From Octopus sinensis (taxonomy: Eukaryota), in contig NC_043011.1 in assembly GCF_006345805.1 (NCBI RefSeq), positions 57,610,464 to 57,674,463 of the forward strand: a DNA stretch of 64,000 bases. Direction: 5' to 3'. Within the stretch, counting starts at the first letter, position 1, and the number at the start of each line of letters is the position of its first letter. Under the pieces are notes generated by a model that made no database searches, was not told the origin of the DNA, and saw nothing but the letters and a program-made list of their open reading frames with translations. This document shows positions 1-12,844 of this stretch, one piece after another. The position numbers and the translations under genes are program-made.

Positions 1-1545
1 ATGCCGATTGGCAGAAAGCTTCAAGGACCGAATATCATAATAGCTATTAAAAAAAGCTATTAGAATAAAATGACTTATGACTAACAGGAAGATCAAAAGA
101 GAAACTATTTACTTGGGAAGAGAAGCAGATGACATGTTTAAAGCTGTTTGAAGAGGGTTCCAGACTAGAAATTTCATCAGAGCAATAACCTTGGAAATTG
201 GGGGAAGACGTGATAAATATAGATTTCGACGACGAGTCAAAGGTTTGAACCCGGTGAAAAGAAGACGAACTACCATTTGAACAACTTGATTCTGAATTCT
301 ATCCAGAGGCTCAGACGAGGCAGCAGTCCAGAGATGGCGGTAATATTCAATTTTGCCGAGGTCGAATGCTCGGCAAAAGAAATTAATGAGACATCAAACT
401 TCCTTGGCAGCGGTCATGGCAGTGAACCGAAATAATTCCGTCATATTCTACAAGTTTCAGGCATGTTTTTCTCCTCCTTCTCCTCATCTTCTGCATTATC
501 ATCAATGTCACCGTCCCCTCGATATCGAATTGCGTTCTTCCGTGCAAGTATCACACTAAGTATACAGCATCTGTCATCCAATCAATTGTACATTCATATC
601 ACATGTCCGTACCAGTACAATCAACCTTGTTTGCATATATTAACCGGATATATTTCCTTTCTCTCTCTCTCTCTCCCCTACACACACACACACACAAACA
701 CAATATCTTTCTCCATGCTTATTGTTTTTCCGTTTTTCTGCTTTTCGTGCATGTTAGCGCTGCTATTTAGAATCAAAAGACTGCTGGGACTCCTCCATTG
801 TCGTTTCGTAATGCGTTAGCAGCTACGTCCCCCATATATTCTTTTGTCCGAAGAACACTAACCTTACAAACTGAACGGTAGACAATAGCAAATGTCTCTC
901 ATTCACATTAAGATATTGCACTGATTGGCATTAAAACTAATAAGGTCCTTTCACAGAAAACATAATTAAACACACTGAAAATACAGGAGACGCTCGGTGT
1001 AATTTAACTACTTTCTCTTTTTTTCATTTCCATCAGTGATTTCCAGCAACGATTTCCAACAAGGAAACGTAAGAATCTTTAGAAGTCGTTTCAGAAATAA
1101 TTTTTATTGTAATTTTACATCATTTTGCGGTAAATATTATAACTTCTACTATTGCGACTATTGCAACTAATAGATAGTAACATGTATGTATCCATGTAGA
1201 ATACATAAATAAAACAAGTGAAAAAGAAAATAAATTAATAATTACATGGGGAAAAAAACATGGGGAAAAAAACTAAATGTACTAACGTCAATAACGTTTT
1301 GATTTAAACATAAATTTTATGGGAATTAACATTTCGGAAGTTAAAATGGAATATCGAAGACAAAGCATCTTACACTGACCTTTAAGTACAAATGCTATAT
1401 ATTTGGTCACTGCCAAGACAGTTTGTCACTATTAATAATCCTTGATGCTGTTATCAATACACAGCATAATCACAAACAGCTCATACACATGCAATGCATA
1501 TACATACATATATATATATATATTCATCTGAATCTAATTTTGCTG

Positions 1546-1655
<110 letters not shown>

Positions 1656-1980
1656 GTATGTATCAGCTTTACCACATAATTAAAAGGAGACTAAATGTAT
1701 TTTTTTTGCATGTAGATATGTTAAATTATCTCAACTTGTTCATATCGAAATGGAAATTTTGCAGTAATAAACCTAAGATTTATATATTTGGTTTTTGCTT
1801 TGCTAACATTTTCTTACGATGGTGGTTGTGTAAAACAGAAATGGGGGTGCTTGTGTCCATTCTGCAACTGTTGCTGGTACAATTCCGTTCTGTTGGAAAA
1901 TGTTATTAATAAAAGCCATGCAAATCGATGATGAAAGCGTTCTTGGGATTACTTGTAGCTGTCCTCCTGCACCTCCTGCC

Positions 1981-2138
1981 GCTGCTGCTGCTGCTGCTCC
2001 CCGCCTCCTCCTCCTTCTCTTCCTCCTCCACAACCACAACCACCACCACCACCGCTACATTCTTCTTCTTCTTCTTCTTCTTCTTCTTCTTCTTCTTCTT
2101 CTTCTTCTTCTTCTTCTTCTTCTTCTTCTTCTTCTTCA
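1981..2138. repeat. Compound trinucleotide microsatellite (GCT/CTC/CAC/CTT)
   Basis: Directly visible; long pure (CTT)n at about 2060-2137. Explains the poly-L/F/K ORFs here. Confidence 0.95.
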
Positions 2139-4229
2139 AGCTTTTATGTCGTGAGTTCAAATTTCACTGAGTTCGAAATTGCTTTTCCTTCTTTCGGAGT
2201 CGATGAAATAAATACCAGTGGAGTACGGGGGTCGGTGTAAAAGAGTAGGCTTTCTTTCCCCGAACTTATACGCCTTGTGCCTATGGTAGAAAAGATTATG
2301 GTTATTAACAGAGCAGCGCATGCCGTCATACCTTGTTTTGTATCAGATTTCATTGGTATTACTAGATTATCTTTATTCTTCACAAAATATGCCGGTAGCC
2401 CTGCTCCGAATGCATATTTAAAAAATATTTTGTTGCGTTTCAGAAAGCTTATTCCAATACATTCCGTACTCAATACAATGGTTTCAAATTTTGACACGAG
2501 GCCAGGAATTTCTGGGTAGGGAATATATTTTGGCACAGGGGGCCAAATATTCGGCTTCCGCAGAATTTGAACTTCAGAATGTAAAGACACACAAAATGTT
2601 TAGCTGCATTTCCCCCTGGCTTGCTAACGATTCTGCCCGCGTGCGAAGGCTTATTCCTGCTTAATGTAATATTTCCGTGTCGAAACTTTGGGTAATCTAA
2701 TTGAAATCATTATTTTTCTTGTTTTCCTGTATAATCTTGTTAATTTACTTACCGTCCAGTTGAGAATAATATAACTTACTACTTGAACATCGAGAGTAGC
2801 TATCATAACTTTTACCATTCTTTTTTTTTTAATATTTTCTCATATTTAGCTGCTTCAGACATTAATCTAATTCATCTGTAATATTCCTTTCTAAATTTTC
2901 TTTCATTTGTCCGTGTCTAGACAATTAATTACAACTATTTGTAAAGTCTCTGTTTGATACAATTCTAATATCTCTCTTCAATTATCTAACATCATATTAA
3001 TAGAATTTATTATTTTTGCTTCCCTTTAGGGTTGCTTCGCCGTTTTTATGAATCTCATTTGTTATCAAGTCATCAAGTGAACAAAATGGCTGATTACAGC
3101 AGCGTTTTCATATGTTGACTATCTGCTATGCACACGCTCACAAGGACACATGCAGGCACACGCGCCACACACACATATACGTTCCGCACCCGTAGTGGTT
3201 AGTACCGAGTCCTGGTTGATGCATCATGGTGTTCAATGTTTGAATTCCGTGTAAAAACAATATCGAAATGGAGTTTTCTTAGAATATTGTCGTCCAAATG
3301 AGAATGGTATTCATTGTTCTAATTCAGAGTTTTCGTCATTAATGAAATGTGTTTCATACTTCTCCTTATCGATGCCACCTGACTCATGTCTAATATATCC
3401 AGAACCCACACCAGGAAAATACTAGCACACACATACAGATCGTTAATCATACAAAATATACACATTCTTGCCTCATGAATTTTGTCCACTCATTAATTTT
3501 CAAAAACGACATGAATCGATCAGTAATCGATATTTTACAACGTCCGTTCAGCTTTGAAAGAGTGTTTTCTATATTTTCGTACGTAATAAATAATTTTTGC
3601 GGCGTTATTATGGTAACCTGCATGAAAATAGCTGTGGGTTGTGAGATTTGGAGCTTCAGTGTTTCCCGCAGCCGTAGATTCCATCTGTTTCAAATGATCA
3701 TGAAATATTTGTAACAAAATCTTATTTTTAATTTTAAAATATTTCAACCATAAATTTGCATCTTTCTTACTTCGTGTTATTTTACTCTTGTCTTAAAGAG
3801 AACAAAAAAAGAATAATTCTTGCATAGCGTTTAATAGATAGGTCGTTGTATTAATATGGTGTATTTTTCTGATAGGCCGAGAATGTAATTCCATTCATTG
3901 CAGTATATACTGCATCTCACTTCAAATGATCATAATTAAAATCGTATATAAAATTCTGTTACACAGTAGGAATATAAACCAAATGTAAGGGAACCCTCAC
4001 TTTCAGATTTGTATCCCACTTACTTCGTATATATTTTTATTTATAGACACATGTTGCCGAATGGCTAGAAATACTAATAATGTATCTCTGGTTATCTTTA
4101 CTCTCTCAGCAAAACACTATAATCTGAGTTATACTAAGCAACTCTCTGTCTGTCTACCTCATTCTCTCTATCTGTCTCGCTTTCTATCTATCTGGCTGGC
4201 TGTCTTTCTCTCCCTGTGGCTATCTAAAA

Positions 4230-4437
4230 TATACATACATATACTTTCATGCATACATACATACATACATTCATGCATACATAATACATACTTGCATATA
4301 TACATAATTCATGCATGCCATACATACATACATTCACTGATACATAACATAACATACATACATACATACATACATCATACATACATACATTAACATAATA
4401 CATAAATACATACTACATACATATCTGTCTATCTATC

Positions 4438-4522
<85 letters not shown>
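4230..4522. repeat. (CATA)n followed by (CTAT)n tetranucleotide microsatellites
   Basis: Directly visible. Confidence 0.95.
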
Positions 4523-4523
<1 letters not shown>

Positions 4524-4537
4524 GATACATCCATCTA

Positions 4538-5160
4538 CCGCGAGCGTCGCGTTCCTCTCAAGCAACTCTGCCATCCGAGACCAAACTTGTGCGACTTCAT
4601 TACAACAAAGGCATTCTATAGAGGATTAGTGGAGAGGAGGTGCGACGACGTTCTCGGGCAGAATCTAGGCGAGGACGAGAAGCACCTGACCCGCCTGTTC
4701 AGGACAACCTTCGGGTCGGGACCTATGGACAATCACCAAAGAACCCTGGCCTGGCAGTGCTATCGAGAAACATTACCAGTTCGGGATAAGCTCTACAGGC
4801 ACGGTTCGAGACACACTGGACCGACTTGCCCGAGATGCGGTCAGAGCGACGAAACCGTTCTGCACGCCTTCGTGCAGTGTCCAACAATTTCGGACCTGTG
4901 GGCATATGCCGAACGGCTGCTGCCACGTGTGGGACGAGTCTGCCTATCGGCCGAGTCTATCTTGGCAATTGCTGCGCCACCTTTCCTCAACTGGGAAGGC
5001 AAGGCAGTCTTCATTGTACTGGTGGCCATGGTGAAAGAATGTGTGTGGTGGACTCGAGAGCGAAAGGATTAGAGACAAACACTTACCTCTCTGGTCAATC
5101 GCTCATCAACTTTTTCAAGTACCACTTGAAAAGGAAGGTGAGAATGGAGAGGCGTAACTG
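4538..5160 (+). mobile_element. Truncated L1/Tx1-clade LINE ORF2 C-terminal fragment (zinc-knuckle region)
   Basis: GC-rich island. ORF 4587-5072 has WQCYRETLPVRDKL...CPRCGQSDETVLHAFVQCPTISDLW (CCHC knuckle of L1/Tx1 ORF2). After a frameshift near 5055 it continues as AKGLETNTYLSGQSLINFFKYHLKRKVRMER. Confidence 0.85.
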
Positions 5161-5202
5161 TGTCATGCATACAATCCATATATACAAATCCATATATGCA
5201 TA

Positions 5203-5267
<65 letters not shown>

Positions 5268-5413
5268 TAAGAGAGTGGTCACTATGTGGCTCACTCTAGC
5301 ACTAGTAATAGATCCAATAGGTTTCAACCACAAAAATACATTTCCCATGAAAGTCAGTACGATTGTTAGCTCACACGAACAGGGCAAAAAAAAATAACAA
5401 AAATTACAGATTA

Positions 5414-5491
5414 TTTGGACAATTGTTTCGCTATTAATGAATTAAATGTAATTTTACTCACAATAACTCACTTGTAGCTCCTCAGCCAAAA
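5414..5491 (-). ncRNA. Type I hammerhead ribozyme motif, copy 1 (stem I weakened by a 1-nt deletion)
   Basis: Minus strand: TTTTGG-CTGAGGA-GCTA-(loop)-TAGC-GAAAC-AATT-GTC-CAAA. Confidence 0.75.
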
Positions 5492-5942
5492 CTATCTGGA
5501 TGAAATCCACTCAATCACACGCCAGATTTTACCATAACGATAAATACACGTGTGGTTCAATTGATTACATCCCGTTATAATTCAAATGCCCCTACCAACA
5601 GCGCGCCAAACTTTCACGGAAACAGATACCACATTTAGAAATAAATGCAGATAATTATAATTAATTAATAAGGGTGAGAGAATTAGATACTAATTTAATA
5701 GTATACCTATTCAACACCAAGTGGCCCAGTGCACCGAGAAACCTGGATTATCATAATTTTTATAACATATATAATATTTTATAACAAAATAAATATAAGA
5801 GAGTGGTCACTATGTGGCTACTCTAGCACTAGTAATAGATCCAATAGGTTTCAACCACAAAAATACATGTTTCCCATGAACGTCAGTACGATTGTTAGCT
5901 CACACGAACCGGGCAAATAAAAAATAACAAAAATACAGATTA

Positions 5943-6022
5943 TTTTGGGACAATTGTTTCGCTATTAATGAATTAAATGTAATTTTACTCACAATAACTC
6001 ACTTGTAGCTCCTCAGCCAAAA
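5943..6022 (-). ncRNA. Type I hammerhead ribozyme motif, copy 2 (intact core)
   Basis: Minus strand: stem I TTTTGG/CCAAAA, core CTGAGGA, stem II GCTA/TAGC with a long loop, GAAAC-AATT-GTC with a GUC cleavage triplet. Confidence 0.85.
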
Positions 6023-6399
6023 CTATCTGGATGAAATCCACTCAAGTTATTGTGAGTTATTGTGGTTATTGTGAGTAAAATTACATTTAATTCATTAATA
6101 GCGAAACAATTGTCCCAAAATAATAATCTGTATTTTTGTTATTTTTTATTGCCCTGTTTCGTGTGAGCTAACAATCGTACTGACTTTCATGGGAAACATG
6201 TATTTTTGTGGTTGAAACCTATTGGATCTATTACTAGTGCTAGAGTGAGCCACATAGTGACCACTCTCTTATTTATTTTTGTATAAAATATTATAATATG
6301 TTATAAAATATTATAATAATCCAGGTTTCTCGGTGCACTGGGCCACTGTTGTTGAATAGGTATACTATTAATTAGTATCTAATTCCTCACCCTTATTAA

Positions 6400-6476
<77 letters not shown>

Positions 6477-6973
6477 TGTATGTATATGATTATAATATAA
6501 ACACGCATAATTATATGTACTTATATATGTGTGTTAACGAGTGTGTGTGTATGTGTTCATAGACTCTTAGAGCAACCGCACACTACACTCACATCTATGA
6601 AAATCTTCACATACATACACGCCCACATAAACACTGGAAACAGTTGATTCAGGGAAAATGTAATGTACAAATATCTTACACCTACGTCGAAGCCATATCT
6701 TTCAGCTCCTGTTAACCGCTCACTCTCTCCGACTTCCTTATTCCATTGATGGTCGCACACATTTCTAGCGTTCTTTTGCATTTCCTTTCCTCATGATTCT
6801 TCTGTCTTTTCCTTGCCCGTGTGTGTCATTTATTCGTGCTTCTTTTTAACCGTATCAATCATGGTTCTTCTTCCCCTTATACTTGTCTATTCTGAGTAGT
6901 TTCAAAAAATGTACACACGATCATCTGTTTGTAAACACTCGTGAAGCTTCAAGAAAAATGTGTCTTTGCGTAT

Positions 6974-7015
<42 letters not shown>

Positions 7016-7331
7016 TCTGTGCTTGTGTGTATGTGTGTGTGTGTGTGTATTTGTATATTTCTGTGAGAGTATAAATACATGCAGAGGCGTATGTTCTTGC
7101 GAATATATAGTTAGTTATATACACATAGATATCAAATTTATGAGCATGATTGCGTATAGGCCTGCATACATGATTTTATTCATATAATATAGAGAAATTT
7201 TGACTGCAAGTATATCATATGTTAACGTATATATCATATATACTTTCACAAACTTACACACACGTATACACACAAGTATATACTTACATACATACACCCC
7301 CCACATATATATAATATATGGATATATAAAT

Positions 7332-7374
<43 letters not shown>

Positions 7375-8719
7375 CATATATACATACACATATATATATA
7401 TATATACACAAATATATATATATATACATATGTATGTAATGTATGTATAAATGTATGTATATTTACATAAAGTAGTTTGCGTATGTGCGTGCACCTGGGT
7501 GAGAGTATGTCGGTAAGAATTTGCGTTTCCATGTGTGCAGATATGCAAATATTTGACATCTGTACATGCTCATATAATTTTATGCCATTTCACATTACAG
7601 CCCCGTCAAACGCTGTTTCCCGTTAAGTTTCAAATACATATATTGTCAGCACGGGATATTACCAGATATACTTTTCGAATATTCTAACGACATCTAAGGT
7701 AAAATGATAAATACACTTCCAAGAATTTATTGAATTTAATTCGAAATGTATTTCCCACGTGAAACGTGGTCTCCCAATTCATGAGGTTGTTATATTCTGA
7801 TTTTCAATAACAATGAAGATATGTATGATTTTTATGTTGTTTATTTATTACTCCTCTCTTCCTCTCTGGCCGTATCTACTTGGGTTTAGAGACGCTTGTT
7901 CTCGTTCATACATCTATGATATGATATTTTTGTCCCCCTCCTATATTGTGTGACGTGCGATGCTGTTGATAATTTGCATAACGGGAAAAGCGAATATATT
8001 TGGAGCCTTAACATCTGTTATTGTATTTGTTGCAGAACACCGATAAGGTGGAGTGTAGCATTGTATAATGTTACTAGAACCGATATGTAACAATGATGAC
8101 GTTTTCGTAAACCCGTGTATGCACTACCAAACATTGAGCACCATAACTATTTTCTGCTTATTTTTATTTCTATGTACACACAGACACACACAGACACACA
8201 CACACACACACACACACAACACACACACACACACACACACGCACACACACACACACACATACACACACACAAATATATAATTCGTTACCGTAATTGTTTC
8301 ATAATGTTACTCTCTGAAGTTTGATCCCATCGATTTTAATACTTTTGGAGTGCGGGATTAATGAATAAAACAACAATCAAGTGCCCGGAACGATTCCCTC
8401 TGCAGTCTCGTATTTTCCCGTGTTGGGCTGGGCACACTGCGGGATAGTGTTAGGGGACGAATATAATAACTTCTCTTCCATATAAGAAATCGGTAAGCTA
8501 GAGATGAGAAACCGCTTCCATCTAGCATGAATAGCCTGACATTAGGCACAGAACTAAATAAGTAAAAGGACAGTACACATACAACCCTTCCAGTAAATAT
8601 CTCTAAATATCTGGGTCCCTAATGGCGTACATTTTTTGTTTTATTTTATCACTGATCTAACTCTTAATCGCTATATTTTTTGAGAATGTATTTATATATA
8701 TATATATGTATATATATAT

Positions 8720-8952
8720 ATAGTGGTTGTCTACTCCTTATACAGAGTTTGACCACCTTCAGTAACTACACCTTAGCACCATCATGGCGTCTGAAGTGGA
8801 TTTTTAAACCAGACAATGTCCTCAAAAGACACCCACATGGATTGCACCTCTGATTCGGACCACCAAAACTGCTCTTTATAGATATTAAAATGTCTTTTGA
8901 GGCCTCCGTTGGATTTGCGAACCTTCTGGCATACATTGCATTCAAAGGTGTG
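8720..8952 (-). mobile_element. 3' end of an RTE-like LINE with two degenerate C2H2 fingers
   Basis: Minus translation FECNVCQKVRKSNGGLKRHFNIY...CNPCGCLLRTLSGLKIHFRRH, stop, then a short tail. A second diverged copy lies at 31165-31420. Confidence 0.6.
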
Positions 8953-9719
8953 TATGTATATATGTATATATATGATTATAAGGAAAAATATTTTTTCAGT
9001 GCATAGACTTCACTTTGAAGTATTTAAGATATTCAACCTGAGGCGTTAGATTAATGTAGAAATAAGAATCAAAGATAGACAAATCAAATGTACATATACA
9101 TTTATATTTATTCAGCCCTAGACCCAACCTGCATGAATTTCTCTAAAAGTATGTGCAATACTTCAAACATATTAAAAATCTATGAAAAATATATATAAAT
9201 ATATACATAAAAAATATATTGAAAAAAGTAAATACATATATCGGTCGATTATAAAACGAAATCATAAAAATAGTTAAGAGTGGAATATAAAACGTTTGTG
9301 TGTTACTAATGTAGTTAAAAATCCTACGGCTATATTCTTCAGGAGAAGAGGATCGGTAGCTATGACATTTACAGACCTTCCCTTATAGTCACATCAGATC
9401 GATGTTCATGAGGGAAAATAGGGCGAAGAACAAAAGGGGTCTGAATGCTAACCTCAGAATGGGTATCAGCAAGAGTTCAAATTTTAATGACAAGGTGGCG
9501 TGTCAAACAAATCAGATCAACATAGAATTTTACTAAACTCTTAAATATGTTGAGGCGTAGCCATGGCTGTGTTCAGGAAGCTTATTTTGCAAACATGAGT
9601 TTCAGGTTCACTCCCATAGCGCTCCAGCTGGGGCATGTGGCTTCCGCAATAACCCTGGACCGATTAAAGCCTTCACAGTTAATTTGATTGACAGGTTTGT
9701 GGAAAACCGTCGTACATTC

Positions 9720-9912
9720 ATGCATACATACATACATACATACATACGTACATACATACATACATACATAAATACATACATATATGCATACATACATACG
9801 TACATACATACATACATACATACATACATACATACATACATACATACATACATACATACATACATACATACATACATACATACATGCATGCATACATACA
9901 TACGTACATACA
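9720..9912. repeat. (CATA)n microsatellite
   Basis: Directly visible. Confidence 0.95.
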
Positions 9913-10295
9913 TACTATCCAGATTACAAGTTCAGGTTTATACCTGTAATTATTGGAGCCCTGGGATATGTAATACACTGCCTAAATACCAATCTTGAGT
10001 AATCAGGCTTCTCAAAACCAGAAAGGAGAAAGCTAATTCGAAAACTACAAATCCAATCCATAACTGGAACTGTAAAAATCTATAAAACTTTCCAGAAGTT
10101 TATCATTTAAATATATATGAGCATATCTATATATGCAACTATATGCATGAAAATACATACATAATACATAGAAACATATATACATGCAAACAAAAGTACC
10201 CTGTTGAAATTTCAATGAAGGAGCCTTGGATCTAGGTTTGAAACCGGTTCTTTCTTTATTGGCACGAAATCTTGAAATAAACTGCATAATGACAT
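9912..10295 (+). mobile_element. 5'-truncated 3' end of an RLE-endonuclease (R4/Dong-like) non-LTR element
   Basis: Translation YYPDYKFRFIPVIIGALGYVIHCLNTNLE*SGFSKPERRKLIRKLQIQSITGTVKIYKTF matches the end of an RLE domain (IP-x-IIGALG...LQ...GT..I). A 3' UTR follows. (CATA)n on both sides. Confidence 0.65.
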
Positions 10296-10318
10296 ACATA
10301 CATAAATACATACATACA

Positions 10319-10352
<34 letters not shown>

Positions 10353-10367
10353 CATACAAACTGAAGC

Positions 10368-10398
<31 letters not shown>

Positions 10399-10399
10399 G

Positions 10400-10618
10400 T
10401 GTATTTTAGTTTATGTGCTTGTCCCCCTCACCTCTTGACAGCCGGTGGATGGTTTGCTTTAATTCCCGTGGCTAGAGACTCGGCAAAAAGAGAGCGACGA
10501 AATAAATACCAGACTAAAAAAAATAGTGGGGTGGATTTGTTCGACCCTTCATGGTAGTGCTCCAACATGGCCACAATCTAAAGGCTATAACAAGAAGTGA
10601 TAAAAAAAATCTTAAAAG
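10400..10618 (+). mobile_element. SINE family A, 3' half only (degenerate)
   Basis: Similar to the tail of the full copies at 39672-40088 and 15408-15824. Confidence 0.7.
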
Positions 10619-11212
10619 TTCATTTGCATTTGAACCCCGCACTCAGGCACACACACCTGTACGCACGCGTATAAGCTGTTTTAATAGTACTTTATTCTTG
10701 GTTTCTCGATTATTACCCGTTTGTACAACGAAGCTGTTACGTTAGAAATATTATTTACAAGTTATTACAAACTATATTAATAATCTCTCAATCACAACAA
10801 AATTATCATTCCGTTTCTTATTGTAGCAACTGTCAAATTTTCTATATTCTTCACCACGATTCATTTACAAGAAGACAACTTATTCTGAGAATGTTCATTG
10901 ATTCATTTCTCTAAAAACTGTTTGTCACGCATACAGACCATTCAAACTTATCTTTCGTCTATTAACGTTTATTTCTCATGTTTTGGTGTTCAATATCCCT
11001 TTTGCTTTTATGTTGCAAATCTGGTATTAAAAGCGACCCATTGCCGCGTTATATATTTTTGCCGGGTGCCGTAAACGGACTTCACTCTGTTCTAAAACTT
11101 GCGACAAAGTAATCGCTTTGATCATAATTACACCCCTTCCCCGCGCTCGTTCCGATAAATTGGAAATAAAAAAAAGTGATAGGCACTTCCTTTTTTACTT
11201 GGAATAATTTAC

Positions 11213-11630
11213 TACTCTTTCATTTGTTTCAGTCATTTGACTGTGGCCATGCTGGAGCACCACCTTTAGTCGAGCAAATCGACCCCAGGACTTATTCTTT
11301 GTAAGCTTAGTACTTATTCTATCGGTCTCTTTTGCAGAACCGCTAAGTTACGGGGACGTAAACACACCAGCATGGGTTGTAAAGTGATGTTGGTGGTGGT
11401 GGTGGGGATACAAACACAGACACACAACACATACACACACACACACATATATATATACATATATATATATACGGGCTTCTTTCAGTTTCCGTCTACCAAA
11501 TCCACTCACAAGAGTTTGGTTGGCCCGAGGCTACAGTAGAAGACACTTGCCCAAGGTGCCACGCAGTGGGTTTGAACCCGGAACCATGTGGTTGGTAAGC
11601 AACCTACTTACCACGCAGCCACTCCTGCGC
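11213..11630 (-). mobile_element. tRNA-derived SINE family A, full length with internal (TA)/(TG) tract
   Basis: Head GGCGCAGGAGTGGCTGCGTGGTAAG...GGTTCAAACCC (A/B boxes). Body and tail are shared with four other copies in the window. Confidence 0.9.
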
Positions 11631-12844
11631 CATCTACTAGAATACAAAGCAAAGTAACAAATGAGGCATCTTGACGTTAAAGATTTATCGACAAAATAAA
11701 TATAAGACATGAGTGAAAAGGTCAACCATCTTTCAAAGATAGACATGCGAACGAGACGTCATCCATTAGTGATAAATTTGATTGTCTAACGTTGTTGCGT
11801 ACTTGATTAAATGTCTAAATGTCTGAGATGGGTTATTTTTAGGAAGATTTTACTTGATCGGACTATTACTTTGGTCTTTAGCAGACATGAAACAGTTTCC
11901 TGTAATTTCATCTCCATTTGCCGTTGATTGTGTGAATTACTACTTGTCATCGTATACCTCGTCCGTAAAGGTCAGGGACATTCTCTGTAGGCAGGCAAAG
12001 ACTGGAAAGAACACGATTACAAAACAACAATTGGTTATAAATTATCAAAAAAATGTCTTCATAAAATTCGAAGAATACTTCAGTAAGTGTCTAATATCTA
12101 CATGTTACACATGAACGATTCCTACTGGCATTTAAGCCTTTCTCTATTTTCCCTTCAGCCTGACTAGGTTTCCTTAAATTGATTGAAACCGGTAGCTGCA
12201 TAGTTAGAAATGTAAGTACTGTTCTTCTGTTTTCCATGATAAGCTTCTCTAAGTATTTTCTTATTTTTCAATGTATGACGATATGAAACTATGCGACATG
12301 AATTGAGTTCCAGAAACGTATAAACTAAATTGTCATAAACTGAATACGATTTCTGCCTTTTGTTCAATGTTATTGAATGTGAAGTGAGTGAATGTGCATC
12401 AGATTACTCCCACCTTGTAAATGGGTTGAACGTTTCAAGCCATACTTGAGTCTATTGGCGTATAAAATAACAAAATAGCTACACTCACACACACACACAT
12501 ATACACACGTATATACGTATGTGTGTATGCGTACATACATATGTATACACAATCCTTGCCCCCGCCGTATGTAATTGAAAATGGTGAAGCAGAAATGAAA
12601 CGGATTCAGATCGCGTGAAAACCATTTCTAGAATATGAATCAGAGTAACAAGAATAACGGTAATTTCTGTGTTCCAGATGTTCCACTCAAGTATGTGGAA
12701 CTGAAACAGAGATGGACAAAATTATTATGAAATATCTTTTCAGTTGTAAGTGTCCCGAAAAGTTTTAGGGTAGCATGCGCACGAGTAATGACATGGTACA
12801 AAGAATGGTTAAAAGTCAAATTATAAAAAGATAAATGCGCGATA

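Larger units (their letters stand above)
5260..6408. mobile_element. Non-coding hammerhead-bearing element (Penelope pLTR-like / retrozyme-like): about 1.5 tandem units on minus plus an inverted arm on plus
   Basis: 5260-5515 is repeated at about 5790-6045 (offset about 528). 6046-6408 is the reverse complement of about 5655-6000. Flanked by (TA)n on both sides. Confidence 0.8.

Noticed and set aside
1-460. Acidic-looking broken frame (LFEEGSRLEISSEQ...DFDDESKV...EDELPFEQLDSEFYPE)
   Set aside because: Multiple stops, cut by the window edge, and no recognisable motif. It might be transposon debris but cannot be assigned.
2144-2590. 148-aa minus ORF
   Set aside because: Overlaps degenerate SINE family C pieces at both ends; no domain recognised.
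9290-9345. CTGAAGA...AAACGTT on minus as a hammerhead
   Set aside because: GAAA is not intact and I could not form stems I and II.
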